Below, piece by piece: positions 8,790-19,199 of a stretch of DNA of 64,000 nt (positions are counted from its first letter, which is position 1; each line of letters starts with the position of its first letter). This DNA is from Candidatus Poseidoniaceae archaeon. GTDB lineage: Archaea > Thermoplasmatota > Poseidoniia > Poseidoniales > Poseidoniaceae. The stretch lies in NCBI GenBank assembly GCA_049438185.1, contig JBMTJI010000002.1:71156-135155 (forward strand), read 5' to 3'. The notes under the pieces were generated by a model. That model was given only the letters and a program-made list of their open reading frames with translations, searched no databases and had not been told where the DNA came from. The position numbers and the translations under genes were made by a program.

Positions 8790-11700
8790 ATGGTCAAGAA
8801 GCCTTTCGTTGCAGTGTTGTTATCCTTACTGATGTTTTCAGGATGCTTTGGCAGTGGTGAACCGGATACGGATATTGAGGAAGAGGAATCTCTTGTTCTG
8901 CCATACACCATTCGGGCAGAATGGGATGAAACCACTGTCATCGGTGAGATTGGTGAAATTAGTGAGCTGAAGATACTCCTCGAGACGACAGGTGAAGGCA
9001 GTTACACGTTGGTTTCAAGCATCACTCATCCTGAGAAAACCATTAGTTCTGCTGATTTTAGCATCACCGAAAAAGCAACGAGTATCTCAATTGTCCTTTT
9101 ACCAACGTATCCGGGCACATATCAAATTGATGTGACGATTGTCCCTTCCGAAGGCGAGGGTATATCGATGATGAATACCATTGAAGTACCCGTGCCTGAT
9201 GAAGGAACGACTTCGATTGTTGCCCCACAATTTCTCGTCGTTGAGTCATCAATGTTGATACTTCAAGGTCAAGTCTTGCATCAAAATATCGATTCTTGCA
9301 TTGCACAAATTCAGTTCATTGAAGAGGATCTTTCGCTCACGAGCAACACCCTGCCTCTCCAAAATGATGGGGCGTTTTCGTTCATCCTTACTGATCTTGA
9401 TTTGCGAACCGAGAGTTTCGTCGTGATGACGACTGCTGAATGTGGGGAATATACCATGACTGAGGATTCGAAAAACACCAGTATTCTCATTGAAGCGAAC
9501 AATGACGTCGATGGAGATGGTATTCCAGATGATCTCGACTTCTGCCCGGATGGTATCGGCGAGTCGGATGGCTGGGCATCCAATTCGCAGAGTGATGCAG
9601 ACCAGGACGGATGTAGAGATTTTGATGAAGATTCTGATGATGACAACGACGGAATTCTGGATCCAAATGATGGTTGCGTTTCGACGATAGGTTGGACGAG
9701 TACCACGGAAAACGATCGAGATCAGGATGGATGTCATGATGATTCAAACGATGATGACGATGACGGTGATGGAATTCTCGATGTCGATGATTCTTGTTTG
9801 GAAGGTGAAGTCAATTGGCCTGCAAACTTGTACAATGATTGGGATCAAGATGGATGCAATGATCTGCTTGAGGACGATGATGATGACAATGATGGAGAAT
9901 CTGACGCAACAGATGAATGTCCGAAGGGTCGCTCTAATTGGCAAATTGATCGAACCCCAAATACTGATTTTGATATGGATGGTTGTTATGATGCAACCGA
10001 GGATACGGACGATGACAATGATAACGTGAATGACGTTAATGCAACAGGAGCGACACTGGACTTGTGTCCAACTACGCCATTGAACGCGGTTGACGTCGAT
10101 GAGAATGGTTGTGCAGCCATCGAGAGGGATTCAGATGCAGATGGTGTGAATGATTTGATTGATCAATGCGAAGGAACCCCAAGTGGGCTCGATGTGAATT
10201 CGGTTGGATGTGCAGATTTGGATAATGACGGAGTCTATGCAAACGTCGACATTTGTGCAGACAGTCCAGTGCGTTGGACAATCGATACAGATGGTTGTGC
10301 CATTGTTCAAAAGCCGATTCTATGGACCTCAGGATCGACTGTCACTGGTCCAATGGATGTTGTTCCAACCTTTACTGTCCCAACACTCGATGGTACGTTT
10401 ACGTTCCAAAACAAATGGACTGGAGAGGATGTCTACTTGTTCATGTTCAAGTATACGGATAGCAATGGCAATTCAAATTCAGCGACTTGGTCAACGAATC
10501 CTGGTACCTTCATCAGGAATCTCCCCGAGAATACGCATTTGTTCTATGGGTCGTTTGATTCGAGTTATCACAATGATATTCTTTCACGAAAGAGCGATGT
10601 TGAGGCTCGGCTTAATCCTAGTGAAGAAGAGCAGTGGGATGGTCGGATACACTACATCGATATGGATGCAAGCAACATACAAGGTGGACTTGGCCAGATG
10701 ATTTCAAATTTCAACAGCCCATTTTTCATGGGTATTGACCGTTTCCAACGTGCTCGAGATACTGGTTCAATCTACGCTTGGGTTTCACAGACAAACGATC
10801 CATTCCACTATTCCTACGAACCACACCAGTGGAATGCAGAATTTGAACCAGAAATTCGTATGCAAGATTCAGGAATAGAAGTTGTTACACTCTACGACTT
10901 TGAACGTCATGCTGGCGGTTGGGGAGCAAATCATAACTCATACAGAAATGCGACATTCTCGTTGCCAGAGAATCTCTCCTCGTACGATACACTCGAAGTA
11001 TTCCATGAACATGCTTGTGATGAACGCAGCAATCGGTATCAAAAGAGTGATGGAAGTTATGGTGGTTGTCACGAATGGGATTACCTTGCACACCTCTACA
11101 TTTGCGATGAAAACAATTCGTCAGTCTGTGGAACAGAATTTATGCGATGGATTACAACATATGGAAGAGAAGGTCGTTGGTTAACCGATATCAGCCCTTA
11201 TTTGTTCATGCTCGAGGATGATCAGGAGCGAAGATTCCGATACAAGGGAGCAAACAAAGGAGATTTGACCATCAAATTCCTGTTCTCAAATTGGGGCAGT
11301 GGAGAACGTGCTTTCGATGCTGAATTTGGATTTACTGGTGGCCAATTTGATGGTACCTACAACAACGAAAGCCGCTATGTGCGGAGCCTTAATTTCACAG
11401 TTCCAAGTGAAACAACTCGAGTCGAAATTGTCGCAACGATTACTGGACATGGCTTCCAAAAAGATGATGCAAATTGCGCTGAATTCTGCGATCATCAGCA
11501 TCATTACTACATCGGATCGCATCATACCTACGAATGGCATCCAATCGTTTACTCAAGCACAGGCTGCGAAAACGAAGTGAGCAATGGAGTCGTTGCCAAC
11601 CAATTCGGATCTTGGCCATTTGGTCGAGCAGGTTGGTGTGCTGGTCAAGATGTGAAGCAATGGAGTTTTGATATTACGTCCTGGGTTGACATGAACGGTC

Positions 11701-11831
11701 AAGTCAATGAGCTGACGTATCGTGGCCTGTTTAACGGACAGGAATACAATCCATCCGGTGAATCGAGCAAAGGTGGCAGAAACATCGTTGCTGAAATTTG
11801 GGTAGTTTTCTATACCAATTCAACGAATTGA
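8790..11831 (+). CDS. Lipoprotein with thrombospondin type-3-like repeats and C-terminal peptide-N-glycosidase F-like domain
   Basis: Lipobox-like MFSGC, many DxDxDG/DxCP repeats, and PNGase F-like motifs CHEWDY, RWITTYGR, TITGHG, CAEFC, RAGWCAG. Confidence 0.85.
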   Translation: MVKKPFVAVLLSLLMFSGCFGSGEPDTDIEEEESLVLPYTIRAEWDETTVIGEIGEISELKILLETTGEGSYTLVSSITHPEKTISSADFSITEKATSISIVLLPTYPGTYQIDVTIVPSEGEGISMMNTIEVPVPDEGTTSIVAPQFLVVESSMLILQGQVLHQNIDSCIAQIQFIEEDLSLTSNTLPLQNDGAFSFILTDLDLRTESFVVMTTAECGEYTMTEDSKNTSILIEANNDVDGDGIPDDLDFCPDGIGESDGWASNSQSDADQDGCRDFDEDSDDDNDGILDPNDGCVSTIGWTSTTENDRDQDGCHDDSNDDDDDGDGILDVDDSCLEGEVNWPANLYNDWDQDGCNDLLEDDDDDNDGESDATDECPKGRSNWQIDRTPNTDFDMDGCYDATEDTDDDNDNVNDVNATGATLDLCPTTPLNAVDVDENGCAAIERDSDADGVNDLIDQCEGTPSGLDVNSVGCADLDNDGVYANVDICADSPVRWTIDTDGCAIVQKPILWTSGSTVTGPMDVVPTFTVPTLDGTFTFQNKWTGEDVYLFMFKYTDSNGNSNSATWSTNPGTFIRNLPENTHLFYGSFDSSYHNDILSRKSDVEARLNPSEEEQWDGRIHYIDMDASNIQGGLGQMISNFNSPFFMGIDRFQRARDTGSIYAWVSQTNDPFHYSYEPHQWNAEFEPEIRMQDSGIEVVTLYDFERHAGGWGANHNSYRNATFSLPENLSSYDTLEVFHEHACDERSNRYQKSDGSYGGCHEWDYLAHLYICDENNSSVCGTEFMRWITTYGREGRWLTDISPYLFMLEDDQERRFRYKGANKGDLTIKFLFSNWGSGERAFDAEFGFTGGQFDGTYNNESRYVRSLNFTVPSETTRVEIVATITGHGFQKDDANCAEFCDHQHHYYIGSHHTYEWHPIVYSSTGCENEVSNGVVANQFGSWPFGRAGWCAGQDVKQWSFDITSWVDMNGQVNELTYRGLFNGQEYNPSGESSKGGRNIVAEIWVVFYTNSTN

Positions 11832-12994
11832 ATTGGTGGTTGACTCGATACCTCAGGAGCGTTTACAAGGGCGTCAGGAGTCTCAAGTCGGACATAATCG
11901 CTGTTTCTACGTACTGGAACGAAACCAGCTCGTCGAATAGACAATTGAAGTTCATATTCAGTTGCACTTAATTTAGTAGTACCTGAAGCGGAAACAACAT
12001 TCTCTTCCATCATCGTCGAGCCTGCATCGTCAGCACCTGCAAGAAGCGCCATCTGAGCTATACCCATACCCATCGTAGGCCATGAGGCCTGAATATGATC
12101 GACATTATCGAGAAACAAGCGTGAAATTGCTACATGTCGAAGGTACTCGGTTGAACCCGCACCACGCTCAAATTTATTCTGGCCACGATTCCGTTTACCG
12201 AAGGTGTTCGTTTCCAACTGAACCGGCCATGCAATGAATGAAGTAAAGCCTGGCAATCCTAGAGAACGTATTTCTTCTTGCTGTTCGCGAATACGATGGA
12301 GATGCTGAACACGATCAGTGTTGCTCTCTCCAAAACCGATGACGTTGGTTGCACTTGTTGTCAAACCAAGGAGTTGGGCTTCTTTCATCACCCGGAGCCA
12401 ATTGTCCGGATGACCTTTCTTTGGAGATACATCATTACGGACCGATTCGACGAGCATTTCAGCCCCTCCTCCAGGCAGACCATGCATTCCTGCGTCCTTG
12501 AGTTTGGAGAGAATGTCTTTTGTTGACAGATGAGTAACCTCTGCGATTCCTTCGATTTCGATTGGTGAAAAACAGTCCAAATCGATGGTGGGATGGCGGT
12601 CTCTTAACTCCTTGATGAGTTCAATGTACCAATCGAAATCGAGGGAGGGATTGACACCTCCTTGCATGAGAATTCTTGAGCCTCCTATTGCTTCAAGTTC
12701 ATCGATACGGGCATGTATCTCATCATACGATTGTGTGTAGGTTTCATCATGACCTGGCGGACGGTAAAATGAGCAGAATTGACAATTGATGGTACAAACG
12801 TTGGTGTAATTGATGTTCCGATCGACGAGGTAGGTGACTTCATTGGAAGGATTGTGAAGACGCCTTCGGTGATGTGCTGCTGCCATCAACTGATGGAGAG
12901 GTGCTTCATTGTAAAGTTCAATACATTCTTCAGCAGTCAAACGGAAAACCTCTTCCGAAGACAGAATACGACCTAGAATTTCTCGCCAAGCCAT
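11810..12994 (-). CDS. mqnC: Radical SAM enzyme of the CofH/MqnC family, probably cyclic dehypoxanthinyl futalosine synthase
   Basis: RNINYTNVCTINCQFCSF, LMQGGVNP, PGGGAEML, HIQASW, GSTMMEENVV. Confidence 0.82.
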   Translation of the reverse strand: MAWREILGRILSSEEVFRLTAEECIELYNEAPLHQLMAAAHHRRRLHNPSNEVTYLVDRNINYTNVCTINCQFCSFYRPPGHDETYTQSYDEIHARIDELEAIGGSRILMQGGVNPSLDFDWYIELIKELRDRHPTIDLDCFSPIEIEGIAEVTHLSTKDILSKLKDAGMHGLPGGGAEMLVESVRNDVSPKKGHPDNWLRVMKEAQLLGLTTSATNVIGFGESNTDRVQHLHRIREQQEEIRSLGLPGFTSFIAWPVQLETNTFGKRNRGQNKFERGAGSTEYLRHVAISRLFLDNVDHIQASWPTMGMGIAQMALLAGADDAGSTMMEENVVSASGTTKLSATEYELQLSIRRAGFVPVRRNSDYVRLETPDALVNAPEVSSQPPIQFVELV

Positions 12995-13003
12995 GAGGCC
13001 ACC

Positions 13004-14380
13004 TCAAAGGCTTCCAACGATTCGTTCAATATCAGCGATTGTTTTTGGACAAGAGTCCGTCAAGACATCTGGATCACCACGGGTGACCAAAACGTCGTCC
13101 TCGATTCGAATACCAATGTTCGCATATCGCTCAGGACAATCGACATCTGGTCGCCATGCTCCGAAATAAAGACCTGGTTCGACGGTAAGTACCATTCCTT
13201 CTTCAAGCAGACGAGGCGTTCCATCAGGTTTGTATGTGCCAACATCATGTACGTCAAGTCCTAGCCAGTGCCCAGTATTGTGCATGTACCACTTACGCAG
13301 TTCTCCTGATTCCATATCAAGAGCTTCATCAACAGATTGGGATATGATTCCAAGCCGGATAAGCCCTTCTGCCAATGCTCGACAAGCCACTTCATGTGGC
13401 ATGTTGTATGGATTGCCAACACGACATGCATCAATGGCTTTTTCTTGGGCATCAAGGACGATTTCATAGATCTCTTTTTGAGCATCAGAAAACACACCTC
13501 CAATCGGCCATGAGCGTGTAATATCTGCCGCATATCCGTGGTATTCTGCACCTGCATCGATCAGGATGATTTCATCCGTTTGACAGGGGGAATTATTGAC
13601 GGTATAATGAAGAATTGTTGCGTTTTCACCACATCCTACAATGGATGGATATGCCCAGCCACTGGTGCCTCCATAAACAAAAAATCCTTCAATTATCGAT
13701 TGAATCTGGAATTCATGAATTCCTTCTTTGCTCGCAGCCATCGCCAATTCATGCGCTTTGGACGATACTTCGGCAGCGTAACGCATTTGCTCAATTTCTT
13801 CTTTCGATTTGCGCAAACGCATCTCTGCAATTCGTCGACTTGGGTCTTCAAGACTGATTGGACCTGTACCGAAGTGTTGCCTTTTCCGGTCACGTTTTTC
13901 GACTGCAGCCATAACAAGTTCATCAATACGTGAATCGATTCCGGTACGCACATGTACTCGAACTGATGATTCAAGCAGGCGCTCGAGGTGGTGGTATACT
14001 TCCACGGAAGAATCTGCACGATCAATTGCCCAGTGTTCAAGAGCTCCCTCAACACCGGGTCGCCTACCTTCCCAGATTTCCATCAGGGTATCTTTAGGTT
14101 GTACGAACAGATGAGATATCCACTGATTATCTTCATTGTAAAACATCAATGTGGCTTCTGGATCAGTCCAGCCACACATGTAAATCATATCACTCGAAGA
14201 ACGATACGGATAGTGAACATCGTTGCTGCGCGTTGCCTCGGGGAGGGATGAAATAATGACAAGATCGCTTTCATCAAATTGAGAGAGCAGACGTTGCTGA
14301 CGCTGACGATACAACTCCTTGGAAATAGGTAGAGGCTTCTTTGGTAAAGCCTTGAATGCGGTATCAAACATCGTGCTCAT
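13004..14380 (-). CDS. pepP: Xaa-Pro aminopeptidase (M24B)
   Basis: AMP_N domain RSNDVHYPYR, ILHY, DAGAE, ADITR, HNTGHWLGLDVHD, TVEPGLY, GIRIEDD. Confidence 0.93.
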   Translation of the reverse strand: MSTMFDTAFKALPKKPLPISKELYRQRQQRLLSQFDESDLVIISSLPEATRSNDVHYPYRSSSDMIYMCGWTDPEATLMFYNEDNQWISHLFVQPKDTLMEIWEGRRPGVEGALEHWAIDRADSSVEVYHHLERLLESSVRVHVRTGIDSRIDELVMAAVEKRDRKRQHFGTGPISLEDPSRRIAEMRLRKSKEEIEQMRYAAEVSSKAHELAMAASKEGIHEFQIQSIIEGFFVYGGTSGWAYPSIVGCGENATILHYTVNNSPCQTDEIILIDAGAEYHGYAADITRSWPIGGVFSDAQKEIYEIVLDAQEKAIDACRVGNPYNMPHEVACRALAEGLIRLGIISQSVDEALDMESGELRKWYMHNTGHWLGLDVHDVGTYKPDGTPRLLEEGMVLTVEPGLYFGAWRPDVDCPERYANIGIRIEDDVLVTRGDPDVLTDSCPKTIADIERIVGSL

Positions 14381-14410
14381 TGTATCATTCCAACCATCAC
14401 AGTTCTTTAA

Positions 14411-15934
14411 TCAATTCTTTGGCTCTTCGCCTCGTTCAGTCCATTTAACAAATCCAGTTGTGGAATCAGATTGCTTTCGTTGACGTAAGTAAACCACAAT
14501 ACCAACAGCGAGAATGAATAAAAGTGAAACGGTTGATGCGAGAATAGAGTTGGACGAATTGTCTTGAGTTTCCTCACCTTGTTGAACAACATCAAATGCG
14601 AGTTCATCAACTTCACCATCATTATCCACAACTTGTACGCGAATTTGTTTATAATTTGAGCTTTGTATATCAGATGAAGAGAGATACGATTTACCACTCA
14701 GGAGTGTTTTTCCATCGACAAACCAGTAGAAATCAAGTGTGTTTTGATCGTTGCTTGTATCGGATGACGTATTTGCGCTGAAAATCCAATCTCCCGAGGA
14801 TGGTACCGTAATGGTAGATCCATCCTGAACAAGGAACCCATCAAACCGAACCTGGGCAGTAGGAGGCAGATTGTCGACGGTAACATTGTGATAAACAATA
14901 ATCAAGTGTCCACCCAAATCACGCACGAGAGCATTGACTCTGTAATCTCCTGCCTTCGTAGGTTCAAATTCCAATCGACTGTCATTGAGAATTTCAGAAT
15001 TCAAGACCGCTCGAGGATTACCATCGGGCTCAGTGATGCTCCAAGTAATGGAATAACTCGAACCAACATATCCATCGTCAACATTGATATCAACAACAAT
15101 CGATTGTGCCTCATTAACTTGGTTGACAGCGGAAAGATGGACATTTGGTTTGGTTTGGTCAAGGACGATATATTGTGTAATGTTGTTGGACAATGCGAGG
15201 TAGACATCTTGAATTTGCACTTGTAAGATGTAAAATCCGTCTAATAGTGATTCCATATTGGCATCGATTTCCAACTCAAATGTACTTGAGAACGATGTAT
15301 TTGAGGCAAGAATTGATTCGTAATTATCCACACAAATACCATACGGTGCAGGACAAATTCGAACATTTGTCAGAATGGTTCCTGCGATAGAGGTTGATTC
15401 GCTTTGGGACGGAGGTAAGAGGTAATCATAACTCAGGTCAATGATTCGGTCATTGAAAATTTGTGCCGAGTGAAAATTCTCACTTTCTGGAGCATGCTGT
15501 AAGACTGGACGATGCCTCTCATCACCTACATAGATCACTATGCCAAATGATACGAGGTCTGTTTGATCCAACAATGAAATCTCAACGTAGCATGTACAAT
15601 CAAATGCGATTGTATCGAATGAATGTTCCCAAGCCCACATCGTTGAATCCGTTTCGATATCAGTGTATGGAACAACCGTATCAAGGAAGGGATTTGATGT
15701 GATAAGATCCCATTGGTCGGGGTTTGAGATGTTCCATAGTACAATTTCAATGGATGTGAGTGGAACAGACGAATTACCAGAAAGATTCAGAACTGAATCC
15801 GTGTGAATACCATCAACTTGATCGAAGGAAATCATAGGTGTAGTTTCAATTTCGTTCGCACGTGTCGGAGTTGCGAATATATTCATCATCAAACACAATA
15901 CGAGCAAAAATGCTGTATTGGTTTTACACAACAT
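14411..15934 (-). CDS. Secreted, membrane-anchored surface protein with PKD/Ig-like domains
   Basis: Signal peptide, NLPPTA...SANTSSD...YWFVDG...VVDNDGE PKD-like pattern and a C-terminal TM helix. Confidence 0.75.
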   Translation of the reverse strand: MLCKTNTAFLLVLCLMMNIFATPTRANEIETTPMISFDQVDGIHTDSVLNLSGNSSVPLTSIEIVLWNISNPDQWDLITSNPFLDTVVPYTDIETDSTMWAWEHSFDTIAFDCTCYVEISLLDQTDLVSFGIVIYVGDERHRPVLQHAPESENFHSAQIFNDRIIDLSYDYLLPPSQSESTSIAGTILTNVRICPAPYGICVDNYESILASNTSFSSTFELEIDANMESLLDGFYILQVQIQDVYLALSNNITQYIVLDQTKPNVHLSAVNQVNEAQSIVVDINVDDGYVGSSYSITWSITEPDGNPRAVLNSEILNDSRLEFEPTKAGDYRVNALVRDLGGHLIIVYHNVTVDNLPPTAQVRFDGFLVQDGSTITVPSSGDWIFSANTSSDTSNDQNTLDFYWFVDGKTLLSGKSYLSSSDIQSSNYKQIRVQVVDNDGEVDELAFDVVQQGEETQDNSSNSILASTVSLLFILAVGIVVYLRQRKQSDSTTGFVKWTERGEEPKN

Positions 15935-15936
15935 AC

Positions 15937-18900
15937 TTACTGACCTTCAAACGGATCGCACAACTCACCTTGTCCAGGGAAACTAACAGGGTTTCTTGGG
16001 TTCGTATCCCATTTGAACTCACAATAATTTGTGTGACCATCACCATCGCTATCCACCAGACGGTCAGCCCCGTCAAACGGATCGAATTCGAAGTGGTATT
16101 CCCATCCAGTTGCCATACCGTCATCATCGTGATCCATGTAGTAGACCTCTGGGCCATCCTCCCATGCATCCCCGTCAGTATCATTGCTTACTGGATTGGT
16201 TCCGTTTTGCAATTCCTCATAATTGGTGTAATTCTCAAGATTGTTGTAGAACTTCATTCCGTCCGGTGTATCTGGATCGATGTTGCATTCGGCATTGGTC
16301 GAATCATTGTAACCAGGACAATATTTCTTGATAAGGCCGGTTCGATTGAGTCCATCCATATCAGGGTCTTCCTCACCATCATTGATACCATCGAGGTCAC
16401 TGTCAGCCATTGACGGATCCATGACACCACGTGCTCCATATGCGTTGATAGTCGCATTATCGACAAGGTTGTTGTTGATGGCTTCGTAAGAATACTGGAC
16501 TTCCCAACCGTCAGGCAATTTGTCGCCATCGGTGTCATCATCTACAGGGTTGGTGTTCCAATTCGATGGAGATTCTGCACCGTTTGGTAGTGTATCGTTG
16601 TCAATATCGTAAGTGTCATCTTTGAGGGAGTTGAGTGATGGGTCGAGTGCCCAACGTCCCTTACACCCATCGCAGAGTGGGTTACCAGGCATGTCGAATC
16701 CGGATAGATTCATCTCATGCACTGCGTACTTCTTTTGCAATTCAAAACCACCAAGCCAATTGATCCAAACGTAACCACCAGGTTCCATCAGGCAACTGTT
16801 ACTGGTACTCTCTGTGCATCCAGGTCGATCCCAAGTCGAAATGGCTACCCAAAGCGAATGCGAATTGGTGTTGTCTTCAGTTGACTTCACTTGCATTTCC
16901 CAACCATCGAGCATTCCATCTGCATCAGTATCGTTGATCAACGGATTGGTTTCATGCTGGAAAGGACGAGGAATGAACAAAATTTCGTTACCATCAATGA
17001 GTCCGTCGTTGTCCGTATCTGAGTTGTTTGCGTGCGTGACAAAGTTGTCAGCACCTGCGATGACTTCCTCTCCATCTTCGAGACCATCGTTATCGGTGTC
17101 AAACATACAGGCTGATGTGAAATATTGTTCGCCATTGAAGATGTATCCAAGCATAACTTCTTGTTGATCGCTTTCTCCATCGCCGTCAGTATCGACGTTG
17201 GATGCGTTTGAGCCTTGACCATCACAAGTCGAAGAGAATTCCATGAAGTCGGAAAGACCATCCGAATCTGTATCGGCAAGACCTGGATCTGATACAACCC
17301 ATGTCAGTTGAACGCCTCGATTGACGACGAGAATTTCCCAACCACCGACTTCAATACCATCAAGAAGGCCATCAAGATCAGTATCTCCGTGTGTTGGGTC
17401 AGTTGATCGTCCTACCGCATTTCCATTTTCATCCAATCGAGCTTGATACTCCATGAGATTCGTGAAACGTTCTGATTCCTCAACAATGTTCATCCAAACA
17501 TACAACCTTGATTCGACTAGGTCTCCTGGTGCAACGTTGATGTGGTAAACGTACCCATCGACTGGAGCCACAAGATAGACCGTTTGCTTGTTTCCTCCTC
17601 CGAGTGTGTATTGTCCTCGAGCAACGGTGGAATTTGCTGTGACATAATCGCCCTTCGTAACGTACACATCAACGACAGTTGTCGCGAGTTCAAGTTCATC
17701 GAAGAGAACATCTCCGTCACCATCAGAATCCCATCCATCGAAATCAATGTCCTCATTCGCATTGCTTGCGTTACGTGGGTTGAGAGGATATTCGAGAGTC
17801 GTTCTGTTGTATTGGGTTGCTTCCCAGCCATCTGGCATTCCATCTTGGTCTGTATCTTCAGTCCACGGAGATGTAAATGAAGGGAGGCCATTTGTTAAGC
17901 CAAATTTGAGAGCAACTTGATACTCCTCAAGGTTGTTCAATCCATCTTCATCCCAGTCGTTGTATCCATCGGATGCATTGGATGGATTCAAGAGTTCAGT
18001 AAGCGCCTTCTGTGGATTACCAACACCGAGTGGGTGGTTTTCTTTGAAAGAGAAACAGTACTCAAATCCGTCCGGCATCCCATCGCCATCGGTATCCCAA
18101 TCACTTGGACCATTGAGGTATCCATCGCCGTCCATGTCCGAAAGGAACCACGAGGCGCTAACTTCATCTGCAAATGGAGCAGTCGTAGGAAGACGTTGCG
18201 ATGGTGGAGTGATGACTGGTTCGCCGCAATTGGAACCCAACTGGAAATCAAGGAGCATGTTCGCATTGTTGACCTCAAGAATGTCCGGTAGCATGTCGTT
18301 GTCAGAGTCCTTTGCTGCCGGATTGGTTCCGTAAGCCTCCTCCTGGAAATTGAGGAGCCCATCATCGTCGAAGTCCAAGACTTGATCGCATGAGTGTTTT
18401 CCGAGTGGGTTTTCTAATTCTTCCCAAGTTGGTGCCCCTTCAAATCCTTCGAGAAGATCGGCGAGTGTTTGTTCGAGAGGACCATTGAGAAGCGTACAAT
18501 CCCAGTTGCCCGAGAGTGGATTGAAGAGCGTCACCGTACCATCCGGTGAGGAGACGTTCATTGTGTAAATCGATTCCCAGCGGTCGTTGAGTCCATCGTT
18601 ATCCGTGTCTGCACGTTGTGGATCGGTTCCCAATTCAGCCTCTTGTTCGTTCGTGAGACCGTCGTTATCAGGGTCGCCGTACTTCCCTTGGGTTGGGTCT
18701 GGCCACGAATCGCTCTCATTGCTGACTTCAGCGTCGTCTGCTGTGTTTGTTGAACCTGATTCTTCTTCGGCTTCTTCAGCTTCACCACTGTCGAGTGGAT
18801 TGAGACCGTGAGCGACTTCCCAACCATCGCTCATCCCATCGTTATCGGTATCAGGATCGTCCTTGAGTGTACCATATTGCGATTCCTCGAGAACATCTGG

Positions 18901-19098
18901 CAACCCATCTCCATCCGTATCAATCGCTTCACCGGATGTGATTTCGATGTCAGGATTGATGTTTTCTTCAGCAGCACTATCGAAATCACCAACACCAGAA
19001 GAGGTTTGATAGAACCCGCTAATACCTACGAAAAGAGATCCGAAAATCAGTGTTGAAATGATTGCAGCATACGCCATTTGGTTGTGATTGAGTGACAT
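15937..19098 (-). CDS. Large acidic Ca-binding repeat surface protein (DTDxDG/PDGWE repeats) with an inserted biotinyl/lipoyl-like domain
   Basis: N-terminal TM anchor and numerous DTDNDGL/DGMPDGWE repeats. Start could also be GTG 19131. Confidence 0.85.
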   Translation of the reverse strand: MSLNHNQMAYAAIISTLIFGSLFVGISGFYQTSSGVGDFDSAAEENINPDIEITSGEAIDTDGDGLPDVLEESQYGTLKDDPDTDNDGMSDGWEVAHGLNPLDSGEAEEAEEESGSTNTADDAEVSNESDSWPDPTQGKYGDPDNDGLTNEQEAELGTDPQRADTDNDGLNDRWESIYTMNVSSPDGTVTLFNPLSGNWDCTLLNGPLEQTLADLLEGFEGAPTWEELENPLGKHSCDQVLDFDDDGLLNFQEEAYGTNPAAKDSDNDMLPDILEVNNANMLLDFQLGSNCGEPVITPPSQRLPTTAPFADEVSASWFLSDMDGDGYLNGPSDWDTDGDGMPDGFEYCFSFKENHPLGVGNPQKALTELLNPSNASDGYNDWDEDGLNNLEEYQVALKFGLTNGLPSFTSPWTEDTDQDGMPDGWEATQYNRTTLEYPLNPRNASNANEDIDFDGWDSDGDGDVLFDELELATTVVDVYVTKGDYVTANSTVARGQYTLGGGNKQTVYLVAPVDGYVYHINVAPGDLVESRLYVWMNIVEESERFTNLMEYQARLDENGNAVGRSTDPTHGDTDLDGLLDGIEVGGWEILVVNRGVQLTWVVSDPGLADTDSDGLSDFMEFSSTCDGQGSNASNVDTDGDGESDQQEVMLGYIFNGEQYFTSACMFDTDNDGLEDGEEVIAGADNFVTHANNSDTDNDGLIDGNEILFIPRPFQHETNPLINDTDADGMLDGWEMQVKSTEDNTNSHSLWVAISTWDRPGCTESTSNSCLMEPGGYVWINWLGGFELQKKYAVHEMNLSGFDMPGNPLCDGCKGRWALDPSLNSLKDDTYDIDNDTLPNGAESPSNWNTNPVDDDTDGDKLPDGWEVQYSYEAINNNLVDNATINAYGARGVMDPSMADSDLDGINDGEEDPDMDGLNRTGLIKKYCPGYNDSTNAECNIDPDTPDGMKFYNNLENYTNYEELQNGTNPVSNDTDGDAWEDGPEVYYMDHDDDGMATGWEYHFEFDPFDGADRLVDSDGDGHTNYCEFKWDTNPRNPVSFPGQGELCDPFEGQ

Positions 19099-19199
19099 AG
19101 GATGTAGCCTCCGCGTCTTGACTATCCTCACGACGACATGGTTCGGTTATGAACCTTGACCTTACTTGCGCAAATCAGTGGTATGAATTTCAGAGCCAA

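Noticed and set aside
9490-10300. GAT/GAC-rich quasi-repeats, also at 16000-18930, as a possible CRISPR or tandem DNA repeat
   Set aside because: They are codon-level consequences of Asp-rich protein repeats, with no identical repeat-spacer periodicity.
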